Origin: Halobacteriovoraceae bacterium
Lineage (GTDB): Bacteria > Bdellovibrionota > Bacteriovoracia > Bacteriovoracales > Bacteriovoracaceae
Assembly (NCBI GenBank): GCA_963719505.1
Contig: CAVRCF010000004.1
Span: forward strand, 1-64,000
DNA length: 64,000 nt
Reading direction: 5' to 3'
Made by a program: the position numbers and the translations under genes. Shown in pieces: positions 25,751 through 36,084 of the stretch (position 1 is its first letter; the number at the start of each line of letters is the position of its first letter). Below the pieces are notes generated by a model. The model worked only from the letters and a program-made list of their open reading frames with translations. It made no database searches and was not told where the DNA came from.

Positions 25751-27378
25751 AACTCAGGTTCACTAGTAAAAGTCATGACCTCCTTAGTAAGGGGATGTCT
25801 CAATATAAGTTCACTAGCATGCAAAAAGAGGCGCTTGTCCTTAGTTCCATAAAGTGTATCACCTCGAATCGACACACCGAGACCCTCGGGGTGAGCACTG
25901 TGAATTCTCAGTTGATGTGTTCTCCCTGTCAAAGGTGAGAAGAAAACTCTCGAGCCTTTATTCGTTTCTCCTATGACCTTAAAGGTTGTGTGGGCTTCTT
26001 TTCCATGTTCTTTACAGACGATTTGTCGAGGAAGGTCATCGTAATCTCCTCTCAGAGGAAGTACGATTTCTCCTTGCATGCGATCGATTAGAGTGTCGAG
26101 AACAGCGGTGTAGGTTTTCTTTACCTCTTTTGTCATAAATTGTTTTTGGAGAGACTTTTGGGCTTTCTTTGTTAGCGCCAAAACCATCAACCCTGAGGTT
26201 TCCTGGTCTAGTCGATGGATGATAGTTGATGTTGGAAAAAGGGACTTCATGCGATTTTGAACACTATCTTCGATTGACTTGCCAGGAACAGAGAGAAGAC
26301 CCTGAGGTTTGTCGACAATAACGATATGGTCATCCTGATAGACCATAGCAATCGTTTTATTTTTACCACCGTTAATAAGAAGTGGGTTTTTCTGGACTTT
26401 TAAGCCTTCTAACATGAATGAAAGTATTGGCTTACAGCGAGCGTTGCAAGCTGGGTAAAAATGTTTGTGTTTTCTCACTTCGGCATTTGGACTTTTTCCC
26501 CACCAAAACTCTGCCAAGGCCAGAGGCTTCAAGCCTTGATCATAGGCAAATTGAAGAAGTTTGGGAGCAGCACATTGACCACTTCCAACCGGTATCTTTT
26601 CTCGAGGAGAGTTTTTAAATATTTCTATTAAACTTCGAGTTTCTCCTAGGGAGTTGCTTAAAAAAACATCTCCATATTTATCTTGTTGGTATCGATTAAG
26701 AATGTTCTTTCTTTCAACTTGCAAAAAACGCTTTTTGTTTTTTTCAATTTGTAATTGATTTTCAATTTTTTCTATAGCTTTGATCTTTTTGATCTTTAGT
26801 GCTTTTAATATCTTTTTTTGATCACTACTTTCTTGGTCTAAAGCTTTTATGATCTCAGGACTGATCGAGTCCTCTCTTTTATGGTCTCGAACAGTCTTGA
26901 GTCTTTTCATCTTTTCTTTGTGTTGATCGATTATAATTTCGTGCTCATTTGAAATTGCTGTCTTTTCAATTTCAAGACTATTTATAATTTCATCGCAGTC
27001 AGATATTTTGATCGTTATTTGCTCAACATCACTGGCGAGGTCTTTATCATTCCCGTCTTTAATAAGGGAGGGAACAAAACCCTCGGGTGACTGAGTTTTT
27101 AAAAGCTCACCCGAAAAACCTCTGAGATAGCCCAGATGCTGGTTTTTATCCTCAACCACCAAGACGCCAAACATTTTTCCGACACTGAGAAGGGACTTCT
27201 CTTGTGTTAGTCCAAAATTGTGGTTCCAATCTTTTTGATGCCTCTCTAGGTAGCTTTGGAGCTCGTCAGCAGCCCTTTTAGCTAAGCTGTGGGGTTCATA
27301 GTAGAATGGATAGGTAAACTCTTCTGGCACAGTCTCATGGGACTTCAGAAAAAGAGGTAAAAATTTTGAATCTGACAC
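25747..27378 (-). CDS. RluA-family pseudouridine synthase with long N-terminal extension
   Basis: DKPQGLLSVPG, HRLDQETSGL, TGRTHQLRIH, LHA motifs; GTG start. Confidence 0.92.
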   Translation of the reverse strand: MSDSKFLPLFLKSHETVPEEFTYPFYYEPHSLAKRAADELQSYLERHQKDWNHNFGLTQEKSLLSVGKMFGVLVVEDKNQHLGYLRGFSGELLKTQSPEGFVPSLIKDGNDKDLASDVEQITIKISDCDEIINSLEIEKTAISNEHEIIIDQHKEKMKRLKTVRDHKREDSISPEIIKALDQESSDQKKILKALKIKKIKAIEKIENQLQIEKNKKRFLQVERKNILNRYQQDKYGDVFLSNSLGETRSLIEIFKNSPREKIPVGSGQCAAPKLLQFAYDQGLKPLALAEFWWGKSPNAEVRKHKHFYPACNARCKPILSFMLEGLKVQKNPLLINGGKNKTIAMVYQDDHIVIVDKPQGLLSVPGKSIEDSVQNRMKSLFPTSTIIHRLDQETSGLMVLALTKKAQKSLQKQFMTKEVKKTYTAVLDTLIDRMQGEIVLPLRGDYDDLPRQIVCKEHGKEAHTTFKVIGETNKGSRVFFSPLTGRTHQLRIHSAHPEGLGVSIRGDTLYGTKDKRLFLHASELILRHPLTKEVMTFTSEPEF

Positions 27379-27458
27379 GTTGCAAACCTCAATTTAATTA
27401 AGACATTTCAAACCTAAAGCTCTAGCATGGATTTGTAAATAATCGCGAGAGAAAACTG

Positions 27459-27926
27459 ATGAAAAAAAGAGACTTAAAAATTATAGGTTGGAGGGAGTGG
27501 GTCAGTTTGCCTGAGCTGGGAATCAAAGCTGTCAAAGCTAAAGTTGATACTGGTGCTCGATCATCTTCCCTTCATGCATTTGATATGACTTTCTACAAAC
27601 GCGCGGGCAAAGAGTTTGTTAAGTTTGATATTCATCCCGAACAAAAAAATAATACAAAAACGATTCAATGCCACGCACGAGTCATAGAGTATAGGAAAAT
27701 AAAGAGTTCAAATGGTATGACTGAGAAAAGACCAGTTATTATGACTGAAATTGAACTTTTGGATCAGAAATGGCAAATTGAAGTAACACTATCGAATAGG
27801 GATGAAATGGGTTTTAGAATGCTTGTGGGACGAGCAAGCATTAAAGACAAATTTTTAGTAGACTCTGGGAAGTCCTTCTATTCAAAAAACTTAAGCAAGC
27901 CGAAAAAGGCAAAGGTTAAAAAATGA
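27459..27926 (+). CDS. RimK-associated retropepsin-like protease (RimB / 'ATP-dependent zinc protease' family)
   Basis: [31 protein letters not shown]; overlaps the rimK start. Confidence 0.9.
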   Translation: MKKRDLKIIGWREWVSLPELGIKAVKAKVDTGARSSSLHAFDMTFYKRAGKEFVKFDIHPEQKNNTKTIQCHARVIEYRKIKSSNGMTEKRPVIMTEIELLDQKWQIEVTLSNRDEMGFRMLVGRASIKDKFLVDSGKSFYSKNLSKPKKAKVKK

Positions 27927-29137
27927 AATTAGCAATCCTATCAAAAGAGCCTAAGAATTATTCGACCACAAGGCTCGTAGAGGCTTGTAAAAAAAGAGGA
28001 CACGAAGTAAAGGTCCTTAATACCTTGAAATTCTCTCTCGACATCGAAGAGGGGAACCCGGACTTGTATTACAAACAAGAGCAGTTAGAGCACTACGATG
28101 CAGTTCTTCCAAGAATTGGTGCCTCAATTACTTATTTTGGAACAGCGGTCGTTAGACAGTTTCAACAGATGGATATATTTAGCGCCAACTCTGCAGATGG
28201 AATTTTAAATTCCCGAGATAAACTTAGAAGCTTTCAGATTCTTTCTAGACATAAAATTGGAATCCCTCCTACAACTTTTGTTAAAGATAAAAAAGATGTT
28301 CTTCCAGCAATTGAAAGAGTCGGAGGGGCACCTGTAGTTATTAAGCTTTTAGAAGGAACTCAAGGTATTGGGGTTCTACTTGCTCACACTGTTGAGATGG
28401 CGACATCGATAATTGAACTTTTACAGAGTCAAAAACAAAATGTTCTGATCCAGAAGTTTGTCGCTGAGAGTAAGGGAAAGGACGTGAGAGCTATTGTTGT
28501 TGGAGACCAAGTTATCGCAGCGATGAGAAGGGTAGCCCAAGGACAGGAGTTTAGAAGTAATGTTCATAGAGGTGGGAAGACAGAAAGAGTAGAATTAAGT
28601 GATGAATACAAAGAGTGCGCCATCCGCGCAGCAAAACTGATGGGTCTTGGAATTGCCGGTGTCGATATGCTGGAAGGAAAAGATGGCCCACAAATTATGG
28701 AAGTCAATTCATCCCCAGGTTTAGAGGGAATTGAAAAGTGCACAGGCTTGGATATTGCTGGAGCCTTTATTGACTACATCGCTTCTCGAGTAGACTTCCC
28801 TGAAATAGACCTCAAGCATAGATTAAATGTTTCCAAAGGATATGGTGTTACTGAGATTTCTATTCCCGCAGGTTCAGAGTATGTTGGAAAAACAATTATA
28901 GAGTCGGGTCTTAAAGAGAAGGATATTAATGTTCTTACTCACCACAGAGCTGGAAAAGTTATACCAAATCCAAAAAATGATAGAGTTTTAGAAGCAGATG
29001 ACCGTCTACTATGTTTTGGAAAATTAGAGTCAATGAAAGGCTTAATCCCAGAAAAAACAAGAAAGAGAAGAAATCCAAAGCTTAAGAAGTTACCTGACCA
29101 TAAAGGTAGTGAAACGTCGAGTAAAGCAGGCGCTTAA
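27923..29137 (+). CDS. rimK: RimK alpha-L-glutamate ligase (ATP-grasp) with C-terminal TrkA-C/RCK_C domain
   Basis: PRIGASIT, EGTQGIGV, FRSNVHRGG, EVNSSPGLEGIE; C-terminal VGKTI.ESGL...IPNP...LEADDRL. Confidence 0.92.
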   Translation: MKLAILSKEPKNYSTTRLVEACKKRGHEVKVLNTLKFSLDIEEGNPDLYYKQEQLEHYDAVLPRIGASITYFGTAVVRQFQQMDIFSANSADGILNSRDKLRSFQILSRHKIGIPPTTFVKDKKDVLPAIERVGGAPVVIKLLEGTQGIGVLLAHTVEMATSIIELLQSQKQNVLIQKFVAESKGKDVRAIVVGDQVIAAMRRVAQGQEFRSNVHRGGKTERVELSDEYKECAIRAAKLMGLGIAGVDMLEGKDGPQIMEVNSSPGLEGIEKCTGLDIAGAFIDYIASRVDFPEIDLKHRLNVSKGYGVTEISIPAGSEYVGKTIIESGLKEKDINVLTHHRAGKVIPNPKNDRVLEADDRLLCFGKLESMKGLIPEKTRKRRNPKLKKLPDHKGSETSSKAGA

Positions 29138-29238
29138 GAACCTGTTACAAACTGGTACAAATTGTTTCTTTACCCCTTTGAGGTATCTCGACTAGTATTA
29201 GGACAGTTCTAAGAATAAATTTTAAAACAAGGATAGTT

Positions 29239-30039
29239 ATGACGAAATTTTTCATGGTACTTTTAAGTTTTGCCATCGTGGCATGTGCCCATCATTCATT
29301 TTCACAAAAAGATATTGAGAAAATATCGAATTCAAATCACCGATCAGAGGAAAACCGTCTCCGTAATAAATTCCGACATCCAGCTGAAACGCTTGCCTTT
29401 TTTGAGGTAAAACCTGAACACACGGTCGTAGAAATTGGACCAGGTGGTGGATGGTATACAGAGATCTTAGGACCACTTCTAAAAGACAATGGAAAGCTAT
29501 ACCTTGCAATATTCTCGGAAACTTCTGAAAGGTCATATGCTCCAAAACTTAATGCCAAGATAAAAGAGATGACCAAAGATAAAAGTCACTACGGTGATGT
29601 CGAGTTCACAGTTCTAGAGGCTCCAAAACATATCGGTCCTGTTGCTCCCCAGGGGAGTGCTGATCGCGTTCTTACTTTTAGAAATGTTCACAACTGGATG
29701 AAAGATGATAAGGGCTTAGAGGTTTTTAAAAGTTTCTACAAAGCACTTAAGCCAGGGGGAATTCTTGGCGTTGTTGAGCATAGAGCTTCTACAAAAGAAA
29801 AACAGGACCCAATAGCTAAAAGCGGATATGTTAGAGAAGACCATGTGATAGAGCTTGCCAAAAAAGCAGGATTTACTCTTGTTGCTAAAAGTGAAATTAA
29901 TGCCAATGCAAAAGACAGTGCAAATCATCCTAAGGGTGTTTGGACGCTACCTCCTTCTTTAAGATTAGGAGATAAAGATAAAGAGAAATACGAAAATATT
30001 GGTGAAAGTGATAGAATGACCTTAAAGTTCGTGAAATAG
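29239..30039 (+). CDS. Predicted periplasmic/lipoprotein class I SAM-dependent methyltransferase (COG4798-like)
   Basis: RHPAETLAFF, VVEIGPGGGWYT, TFRNVHNW, GESDRMTLKF; lipobox IVAC. Confidence 0.88.
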   Translation: MTKFFMVLLSFAIVACAHHSFSQKDIEKISNSNHRSEENRLRNKFRHPAETLAFFEVKPEHTVVEIGPGGGWYTEILGPLLKDNGKLYLAIFSETSERSYAPKLNAKIKEMTKDKSHYGDVEFTVLEAPKHIGPVAPQGSADRVLTFRNVHNWMKDDKGLEVFKSFYKALKPGGILGVVEHRASTKEKQDPIAKSGYVREDHVIELAKKAGFTLVAKSEINANAKDSANHPKGVWTLPPSLRLGDKDKEKYENIGESDRMTLKFVK

Positions 30040-30165
30040 TCAGACTCTGGCACCCAACTTGCTTCTTAATACACTATAGGTAAGAACATTGATGTAATTT
30101 TAGTCACTTAAGACTTTAAAAACTGTCAAACTTATTTATAGTGTCTATTTTAACAAAGGAAGCAT

Positions 30166-31242
30166 ATGAAAAGTTTTTTATCTTTATCCCTCATGGTTCT
30201 CATTTTAAGCTCATCAAATGCTTATTCCCAAAAGAAAATAGACTTCGATCACATTAAGACTTCTGTGGAGACTTTTGTTCATGACATCTTTGATAAAGAT
30301 AAAAGAGCCGAGCGCAAAGCCCAAAGAATAGAGAGAAGAAAACAAAGAAGGCTACAAAGAAGTATTCGTCGACAAAATGAGGTTGAGAGAAACAAGCCTA
30401 TGACTTATCGGCCAGTGGCTTCAAAACCATTGCCAGTTCTTAAAGCAAAAGAGCCATCGTGCTCTCTTTATGATTCAATTATTCCACAGTGCTACAATAA
30501 AAGAGACCAAAGTGAACTAAAAGTCGCACTTCTTTATTATGGTGACTACATGACTTTATCAGATCTCAACAGAATAGAGCCTATCTTAAAAGACAGATTT
30601 TACAGAGCAACTGGAAATCAAATTTCACTTGATATTATATCGAAGAAAATTTTAAATTTTAAACACGCACTACCTGAAAACTATCGCTTCAATGAGATCA
30701 CCGATAAGAAGAGACTTCACAGAATTTGGTATAGTGAAAATGTCGGAACCCAAATTATGAATGAAGTTTACGAAGAATATAAAAAGTATGAGTCAAAAGC
30801 CACTATAGACAAATTAGATGCAGTGGCCGCTATTACCGGAGCTCAATTTGAAGGTTTGGGCTTTGCAAGTGGAAGAGTCTCAGTGACGGAGTATCCAAGA
30901 GAGATCGCTTGGAACGCAGACGATGGGGGGAGAGTTGACTATATCTCTGACTATGAAATTGTCGATGAGCTTATTCACGAGTTAGGGCATAATTTATACC
31001 TTGGTCATACAAGTGAACAATGTCAAAAAAGAGGAATGACCTATGAAGAGAAGATCAAGTGTTGTGAGCAATCTGAAAATAGAGATGACGTCCTTTCTTA
31101 TTGCCGTCAAAGATCAGATGTAAATGAGAGCTTTATGCATGGGTTTGAAAGCTGTAATCGACAGATGATTGAAACATCAATTGTGCCAGCGCTGCTAAGT
31201 GGTGGGAAGTGGCAATTTCCAAATAGGCTTAAATGTCAGTGA
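30166..31242 (+). CDS. Secreted zinc metallopeptidase-like protein
   Basis: Signal peptide; HELGHNLYLGH zinc motif; Cys-rich C-terminus. Confidence 0.75.
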   Translation: MKSFLSLSLMVLILSSSNAYSQKKIDFDHIKTSVETFVHDIFDKDKRAERKAQRIERRKQRRLQRSIRRQNEVERNKPMTYRPVASKPLPVLKAKEPSCSLYDSIIPQCYNKRDQSELKVALLYYGDYMTLSDLNRIEPILKDRFYRATGNQISLDIISKKILNFKHALPENYRFNEITDKKRLHRIWYSENVGTQIMNEVYEEYKKYESKATIDKLDAVAAITGAQFEGLGFASGRVSVTEYPREIAWNADDGGRVDYISDYEIVDELIHELGHNLYLGHTSEQCQKRGMTYEEKIKCCEQSENRDDVLSYCRQRSDVNESFMHGFESCNRQMIETSIVPALLSGGKWQFPNRLKCQ

Positions 31243-31298
31243 GTTAGAAAACTAAAGTTTTTTAGTCAGCTTTCCGATTAGGTTTAGGGAGAGCTGAT

Positions 31299-32171
31299 AT
31301 GATTAAAGTCTTTTATTTACTTATTTTTATGACCTATATTGGATGCCTTCCAAAGCCGGTCCAAAATAATCTTGAGCAATCAGACGTAGCGAAAAACGAT
31401 CAAGAAGTTGTTCAAATTTACATTGATGAACCTGATCCAAGCGATGAGGGCTCAAGCCTACCTTTGGATATTATTATTCCCGAGTCTAATATTTCCATGG
31501 AACTTTCATCGGTCAAGCAGATACCGGTAAAAATCAAAGCACAAGATACATTTCAAAATAGTAGCATTGAAGTTTACGTCGACTATGGAGATCTTTTGGG
31601 TTTCTCTATAAATGCAGGGGACTATATTAAGACGTCTCTTTCTCGCCAGAGAATCTTTTTATCGGCAGGACAAGAAATTGAGTTAATGCTTTCAATAGAT
31701 GTGAAATCAATGGCGCCTTCTTTTAATTCTATTTCTGAAGGTGGAGATGGAAAAATAATAATTCGTGCTGTAGGAAATCAAGGCTCTGGCCAGAGACAGT
31801 CAGAAAAAGTTATTGGTTTAAAGGTCAATCCCATTTTAACGATTGGTATTCTCACCAAAGATGCTCCCTATTCCTACGATCAGCCAAATCAAATTTATAC
31901 AAGGGCCCACGATGAAGGGCTTCAAGTTGTTTTCGTTAATAAAGTCCCAGGCTTTGGAGACGATGGTATGGGTCCATGTATTCATACGACAGCCCCTTTA
32001 AAGCACTGTAATGTAAATGAGCGGATGAAACCTGGTGATACTTACTTGCCACCGAAAGTTTTGCCATCCAAAGGACTTAGGCAGGCTGTCTTTTATGATC
32101 ACTTTGAGTCAGATGATAGTATAGGGCGGTATATTCATTTTAATGTCGTCCCTGGTATGGAGGAACAATGA
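31299..32171 (+). CDS. Lipoprotein with possible C-terminal cupredoxin-like region
   Basis: Lipobox YIGC; His/Cys/Met cluster PCIHT..LKHC...MKPG..YDH. Confidence 0.7.
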   Translation: MIKVFYLLIFMTYIGCLPKPVQNNLEQSDVAKNDQEVVQIYIDEPDPSDEGSSLPLDIIIPESNISMELSSVKQIPVKIKAQDTFQNSSIEVYVDYGDLLGFSINAGDYIKTSLSRQRIFLSAGQEIELMLSIDVKSMAPSFNSISEGGDGKIIIRAVGNQGSGQRQSEKVIGLKVNPILTIGILTKDAPYSYDQPNQIYTRAHDEGLQVVFVNKVPGFGDDGMGPCIHTTAPLKHCNVNERMKPGDTYLPPKVLPSKGLRQAVFYDHFESDDSIGRYIHFNVVPGMEEQ

Positions 32172-32437
32172 AAGTCTTTATCTTTATTTTTATTCTTAGC
32201 TTTTCTTCTTTTGCTAGTGTGACAAAAACTTACGCTATCCCTGATATGGTTTGTGGTCACTGTGAAAAGGCGATTACAAAAGAGCTTTTAAAAATCAGAA
32301 AAATCAAAAAAGAAAATATTCAATTTGATGTTCAGAAAAAGCAAGTCACCATCACTTTTGAAGATGATACTCTTCTTTCAAAAGCTGAGCTCAAGTCCAT
32401 CCAGTATAAAGCGGGTTACGATCTTTTTATAAAATAA
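32168..32437 (+). CDS. Exported heavy-metal-associated (HMA/CopZ/MerP-like) protein
   Basis: Signal peptide; DMVCGHC and KAGY motifs. Confidence 0.88.
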   Translation: MKVFIFIFILSFSSFASVTKTYAIPDMVCGHCEKAITKELLKIRKIKKENIQFDVQKKQVTITFEDDTLLSKAELKSIQYKAGYDLFIK

Positions 32438-32566
32438 GTCCTTAAGCTTCCGGAATTACGAGTTTCTTTGAGTTTATGCCTCTAGAGATGAACTATATAG
32501 GCCTTCTCTTCGTCTAAAGAATGAAGCTTGTGTTTATAAGCAAAACTTAAATGAAGCAAAGGAGTT

Positions 32567-32968
32567 ATGATGAAACAATTATTATTACCGATTCTTTTTA
32601 TGATGATGTTCAGCTCAGTTTCCTATGGAAAATCTGATAAAAGAGGACACCGTTTGGCTCAAAAACTTGATCTCTCCTCAGAACAGATAGAAAAAATTAA
32701 AACTCATAGAAAAGAAAATAAAGGGAAGGGAAGAGAGATTAGATCCCAGATGAAACAAGCTAAAGCTGAGTTTGATAAAGCTTTTTTAAATGGAGAGTCA
32801 GACTCTGGTCTAAAAGCTCTTCATTCTAAGTTAAAAAACTTGAGGACTAGTCAAATGGATCTTCAGTATAATAAACTTGTCTTTATGAAGTCTGTTTTAA
32901 CCAAAGAGCAGAGACAAAAATTTATCAGTTTGAAAAAAGAAAGAAAAAAAAGAAAAGGTAAAAAATAA
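32567..32968 (+). CDS. Spy/CpxP-family periplasmic chaperone
   Basis: Signal peptide; LDLSSEQ and VLTKEQR (LTXXQ) motifs. Confidence 0.85.
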   Translation: MMKQLLLPILFMMMFSSVSYGKSDKRGHRLAQKLDLSSEQIEKIKTHRKENKGKGREIRSQMKQAKAEFDKAFLNGESDSGLKALHSKLKNLRTSQMDLQYNKLVFMKSVLTKEQRQKFISLKKERKKRKGKK

Positions 32969-33481
32969 GTGTTTAAAAGAGCGCTAGATCTTTTTACTCC
33001 TTCAAAGAGCCTATCCTTGGAGGAGTTTGAAAATCTCTATCTTGAGCATAAAGAGTTTGTGAGGAATTCAATTTTCTGGATGGTAGGAAACGAGAATGCA
33101 AACGAGTTGACCCAAGATACTTTTATTAAAGCATGGAAAAATTACTCTAGCTTTAAAGGGGATTCAACCTTTAAAACTTGGATCTATAGAATTGCCATGA
33201 ACACGGCAAAAGATTTTTTGAGAAAGCACACGTACGCTGTTGAGTTCAGTGAATGTGACGGTGGGCCAAATGAGATGGAAATAGATCAAAAGCAACTTGT
33301 TGAAATGGCCATCGCGAAATTGTCGGTGGCACAAAGAGAGATGTTCATACTTTTCTACAAATTCGAATATAGCTATCGAGAAATCTCTGACATCACCCAA
33401 GTGAAAGAGGGGACGGTTAAATCAAGAATTCAAAAAGCAAAAGTGATATTTTCAACATTTGTTAAAGATAATGGAGAATAA
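32969..33481 (+). CDS. ECF sigma-70 family RNA polymerase sigma factor
   Basis: ELTQDTFIKAW, FKTWIYRIAMN, SYREIS..GTVKSRI. Confidence 0.93.
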   Translation: MFKRALDLFTPSKSLSLEEFENLYLEHKEFVRNSIFWMVGNENANELTQDTFIKAWKNYSSFKGDSTFKTWIYRIAMNTAKDFLRKHTYAVEFSECDGGPNEMEIDQKQLVEMAIAKLSVAQREMFILFYKFEYSYREISDITQVKEGTVKSRIQKAKVIFSTFVKDNGE

Positions 33482-33483
33482 AA

Positions 33484-33753
33484 ATGAAGGACGAAGAAAT
33501 TAAAAATCTTTTGAAAGTTAAGTCGATAAAAGAGCCAGATTTTGAGTGGTCAAAAATTAAAAGCTCAATCAAGGCGAACGATATAAAGGTCAAACTTTCA
33601 ACGTTTGGAGTTTTTGCAACTTTACTTCTTTTAATTACGCTTAATATTTATCAACAAGAAGAGTCTACCGATGTGAATGAAGTCATCAATTACATGTTTG
33701 AAGACAACTACCTGGCAGCAGACTCTACTTATGATTATGTGGATCTGTACTAA
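33484..33753 (+). CDS. Single-TM protein, probable anti-sigma factor
   Basis: Directly downstream of the ECF sigma; W-containing N-terminus and one TM helix. Confidence 0.65.
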   Translation: MKDEEIKNLLKVKSIKEPDFEWSKIKSSIKANDIKVKLSTFGVFATLLLLITLNIYQQEESTDVNEVINYMFEDNYLAADSTYDYVDLY

Positions 33754-34247
33754 AAGGTACAGCTTTGAACGACATGTTTTTTGAGTCTACCAAGTCTCGT
33801 TCTTTCATACCCCTCCATGACTCCCTCAAAACTTTTCGGATTTGCTAAATTTTGATCTACAGAAATACTAAAAGGATAGAGTCTATTCCAAACTTGTTCC
33901 GATTTTATCTTTGCAAAAGTTAAAGTTCTATTCTTGTAAGTTAAGAGCATTCCAGTAGAACCAGGAGTTTTAAAGATCTTTTCGAATCCATCCTTAAGAG
34001 GCAGATCACTAGGGTCTAACTCCATATTCCATCCAAAATAATCTATCGGTGAGCCGACAACCCCAACCTTCAGTTTTATGACATTCTTTGATTCATCCAG
34101 TCTCGTCTCGAAACGGCAAAACCTAGGCGCATTTTGAGATTCATACTGTCTACTTGTCTTTACCTTATAGCTTTGAGTTTCTACATACTGGGGCTCGAAG
34201 GCAAGTAAAGTCTGGGTCGCTAATAGAGCGATAATTATTGTTTTCAT
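33750..34247 (-). CDS. Secreted hypothetical protein
   Basis: Signal peptide, AAGGAG RBS, 165 aa. Confidence 0.75.
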   Translation of the reverse strand: MKTIIIALLATQTLLAFEPQYVETQSYKVKTSRQYESQNAPRFCRFETRLDESKNVIKLKVGVVGSPIDYFGWNMELDPSDLPLKDGFEKIFKTPGSTGMLLTYKNRTLTFAKIKSEQVWNRLYPFSISVDQNLANPKSFEGVMEGYERTRLGRLKKHVVQSCTF

Positions 34248-34361
34248 TCTATCTCCTTGAAAGATAAAATCTTATGTATAAGAGTTTGGTATGTCAAACA
34301 TCCAACAAATGTACTAGGAAAGAATATTGTTAGGGGGAGAGGATTGTGCTAATTATTTCCC

Positions 34362-35114
34362 ATGTCAATTATAGAACTACAAAAAGCCATTGAGCCACAA
34401 ATCACACTGCTTCAAAATCATAAGCTTTATAAAAGTATCTATAGCATCGAAAAGTTAAAAGTTTTTATGCAAAGACATGTTTATGCTGTTTTTGATTTTA
34501 TGTCCTTGGCCAAAGCGCTTCAAAATGAATTCGCGCCAATTCAGACCATTTGGGTACCACCAAAAGACCAAAAGCTTGCGAGATTTGTGAATGAAATCAT
34601 TTTCGCTGAGGAATCCGACGAGTGCGATGGAAGAACCTTTAGCCATTTTGAAATGTACATCGAAGCGATGAATGAGGTCGGGGCAAACAGTGATTTGGCC
34701 ATGCACTTTGTGAGGCAAGTAGGCTCTTTGGGTGTGGACCAAGCCCTAGCTGACAAAGCGATACCAAAAAGTTGTCGCGATTTTTCACAGTACTCTTTCG
34801 ATCTCGTTCGATCAGCAAAGATTCACCAAATAGCTTCAGCCTTTTGCTTTGGTAGAGAAAAAGTTATTCCCATAATGTTTCAAAGTATCTTGGACAAAAT
34901 GAATATAAGGCAATCAGATGCCCCAATGTTTCACCTCTATTTGAATCGTCATATCGAAATTGATGGTGAATCCCATGGGCCTTTGGCACTTAAAATAATT
35001 GAAAGCCTCTGCGGAGAAAATAGCACGCGTTGGGAAGAAGCGAAACAGTCAGCTATTTTAGCTCTAGATAAGAGATTGAAATTTTGGGATGAAGTAAGCA
35101 AAGAGTTGGAATAG
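34362..35114 (+). CDS. DUF3050 heme-oxygenase-like domain protein
   Basis: FMQRHVYAVFDFMSL, EESD, SHFEMY, FGREKVIP, RHIEIDGESHG. Confidence 0.88.
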   Translation: MSIIELQKAIEPQITLLQNHKLYKSIYSIEKLKVFMQRHVYAVFDFMSLAKALQNEFAPIQTIWVPPKDQKLARFVNEIIFAEESDECDGRTFSHFEMYIEAMNEVGANSDLAMHFVRQVGSLGVDQALADKAIPKSCRDFSQYSFDLVRSAKIHQIASAFCFGREKVIPIMFQSILDKMNIRQSDAPMFHLYLNRHIEIDGESHGPLALKIIESLCGENSTRWEEAKQSAILALDKRLKFWDEVSKELE

Positions 35115-35193
35115 TGTCACTTTGACTTCGGTAAAACCTAAAAAGACAATTAGCACTTTCATAAAAACCGATTTCATGCCATAATAGTAGTGG

Positions 35194-36084
35194 ATGAATA
35201 GCAAATCCTTAATTTCTACCTTTTTAATAATTTCAAGTTTTGTAATTTCAAATTCAGCATCAAGTGAATCATTCGAGCAGTGGAAACAGGATTATGCAGC
35301 TAGGGCTTCAAAAAGAGGTTTATCTAAGAGCTTTGTGCTCAGTACTCTAAAGAACGTTCAAAGAGACCCTAAAGTTGTCGAAAGAGACAAAAATCAAGTT
35401 ACTCTCGACACTGAAAGAAGCTATCAAAAGTTTATGGGCAGATGGCTTCGCGATGATAATGAGCGAGTAGTCCAAGGAATAAAACTTCTCAAAGAGCACG
35501 CAACTCTTCTTCAAAAAATCGAAGATGAGTATGGAGTTGAGAAAGAAATAATTGTTTCTTTGTGGGGAGTTGAAACTTTTTACGGACGAATTACCGGTGA
35601 CTATAATGTTGTGAGATCATTAGCAACATTGTCTCATGATGGTAGAAGAAGAAAGTTCTACGAAACTCAATTGAATGCCACGTTGAGACTTATAAAGAAC
35701 AAGCACACAACAGCAAAAGATTTTGTAGGAAGTTGGGCAGGAGCAACAGGTCAGTGCCAATTTATGCCATCTAATATTCCCGCTTACGGGCAGGATTACA
35801 ACAAGGATGGAAAGATCGACATTTGGTCAACGAAAGCTGATGTTTTCGCGTCCATTGCAAATTTTCTTCGCCAAGTTGGCTGGAAAAAAAATGATAAGGT
35901 TGGAACTTTTATTTCTAAATCTTCCAACACAAAGAACATGAATACTGCGACTATCCCTTTACAAGATAGTCCCATTATTCTGAAGGGACCTAATTACAGG
36001 GCAATTCAAAGATGGAACAACTCCAGTCTTTTTGTCGCTTTTAATATGGTTCTTATGGATTCATTTCAAAAGGAGTTAAAATGA
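35194..36084 (+). CDS. Lytic murein transglycosylase (MltB/SLT_2 family)
   Basis: WGVETFYG, GSWAGATGQCQFMPS, DYNKDGKIDIW; signal peptide. Confidence 0.92.
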   Translation: MNSKSLISTFLIISSFVISNSASSESFEQWKQDYAARASKRGLSKSFVLSTLKNVQRDPKVVERDKNQVTLDTERSYQKFMGRWLRDDNERVVQGIKLLKEHATLLQKIEDEYGVEKEIIVSLWGVETFYGRITGDYNVVRSLATLSHDGRRRKFYETQLNATLRLIKNKHTTAKDFVGSWAGATGQCQFMPSNIPAYGQDYNKDGKIDIWSTKADVFASIANFLRQVGWKKNDKVGTFISKSSNTKNMNTATIPLQDSPIILKGPNYRAIQRWNNSSLFVAFNMVLMDSFQKELK

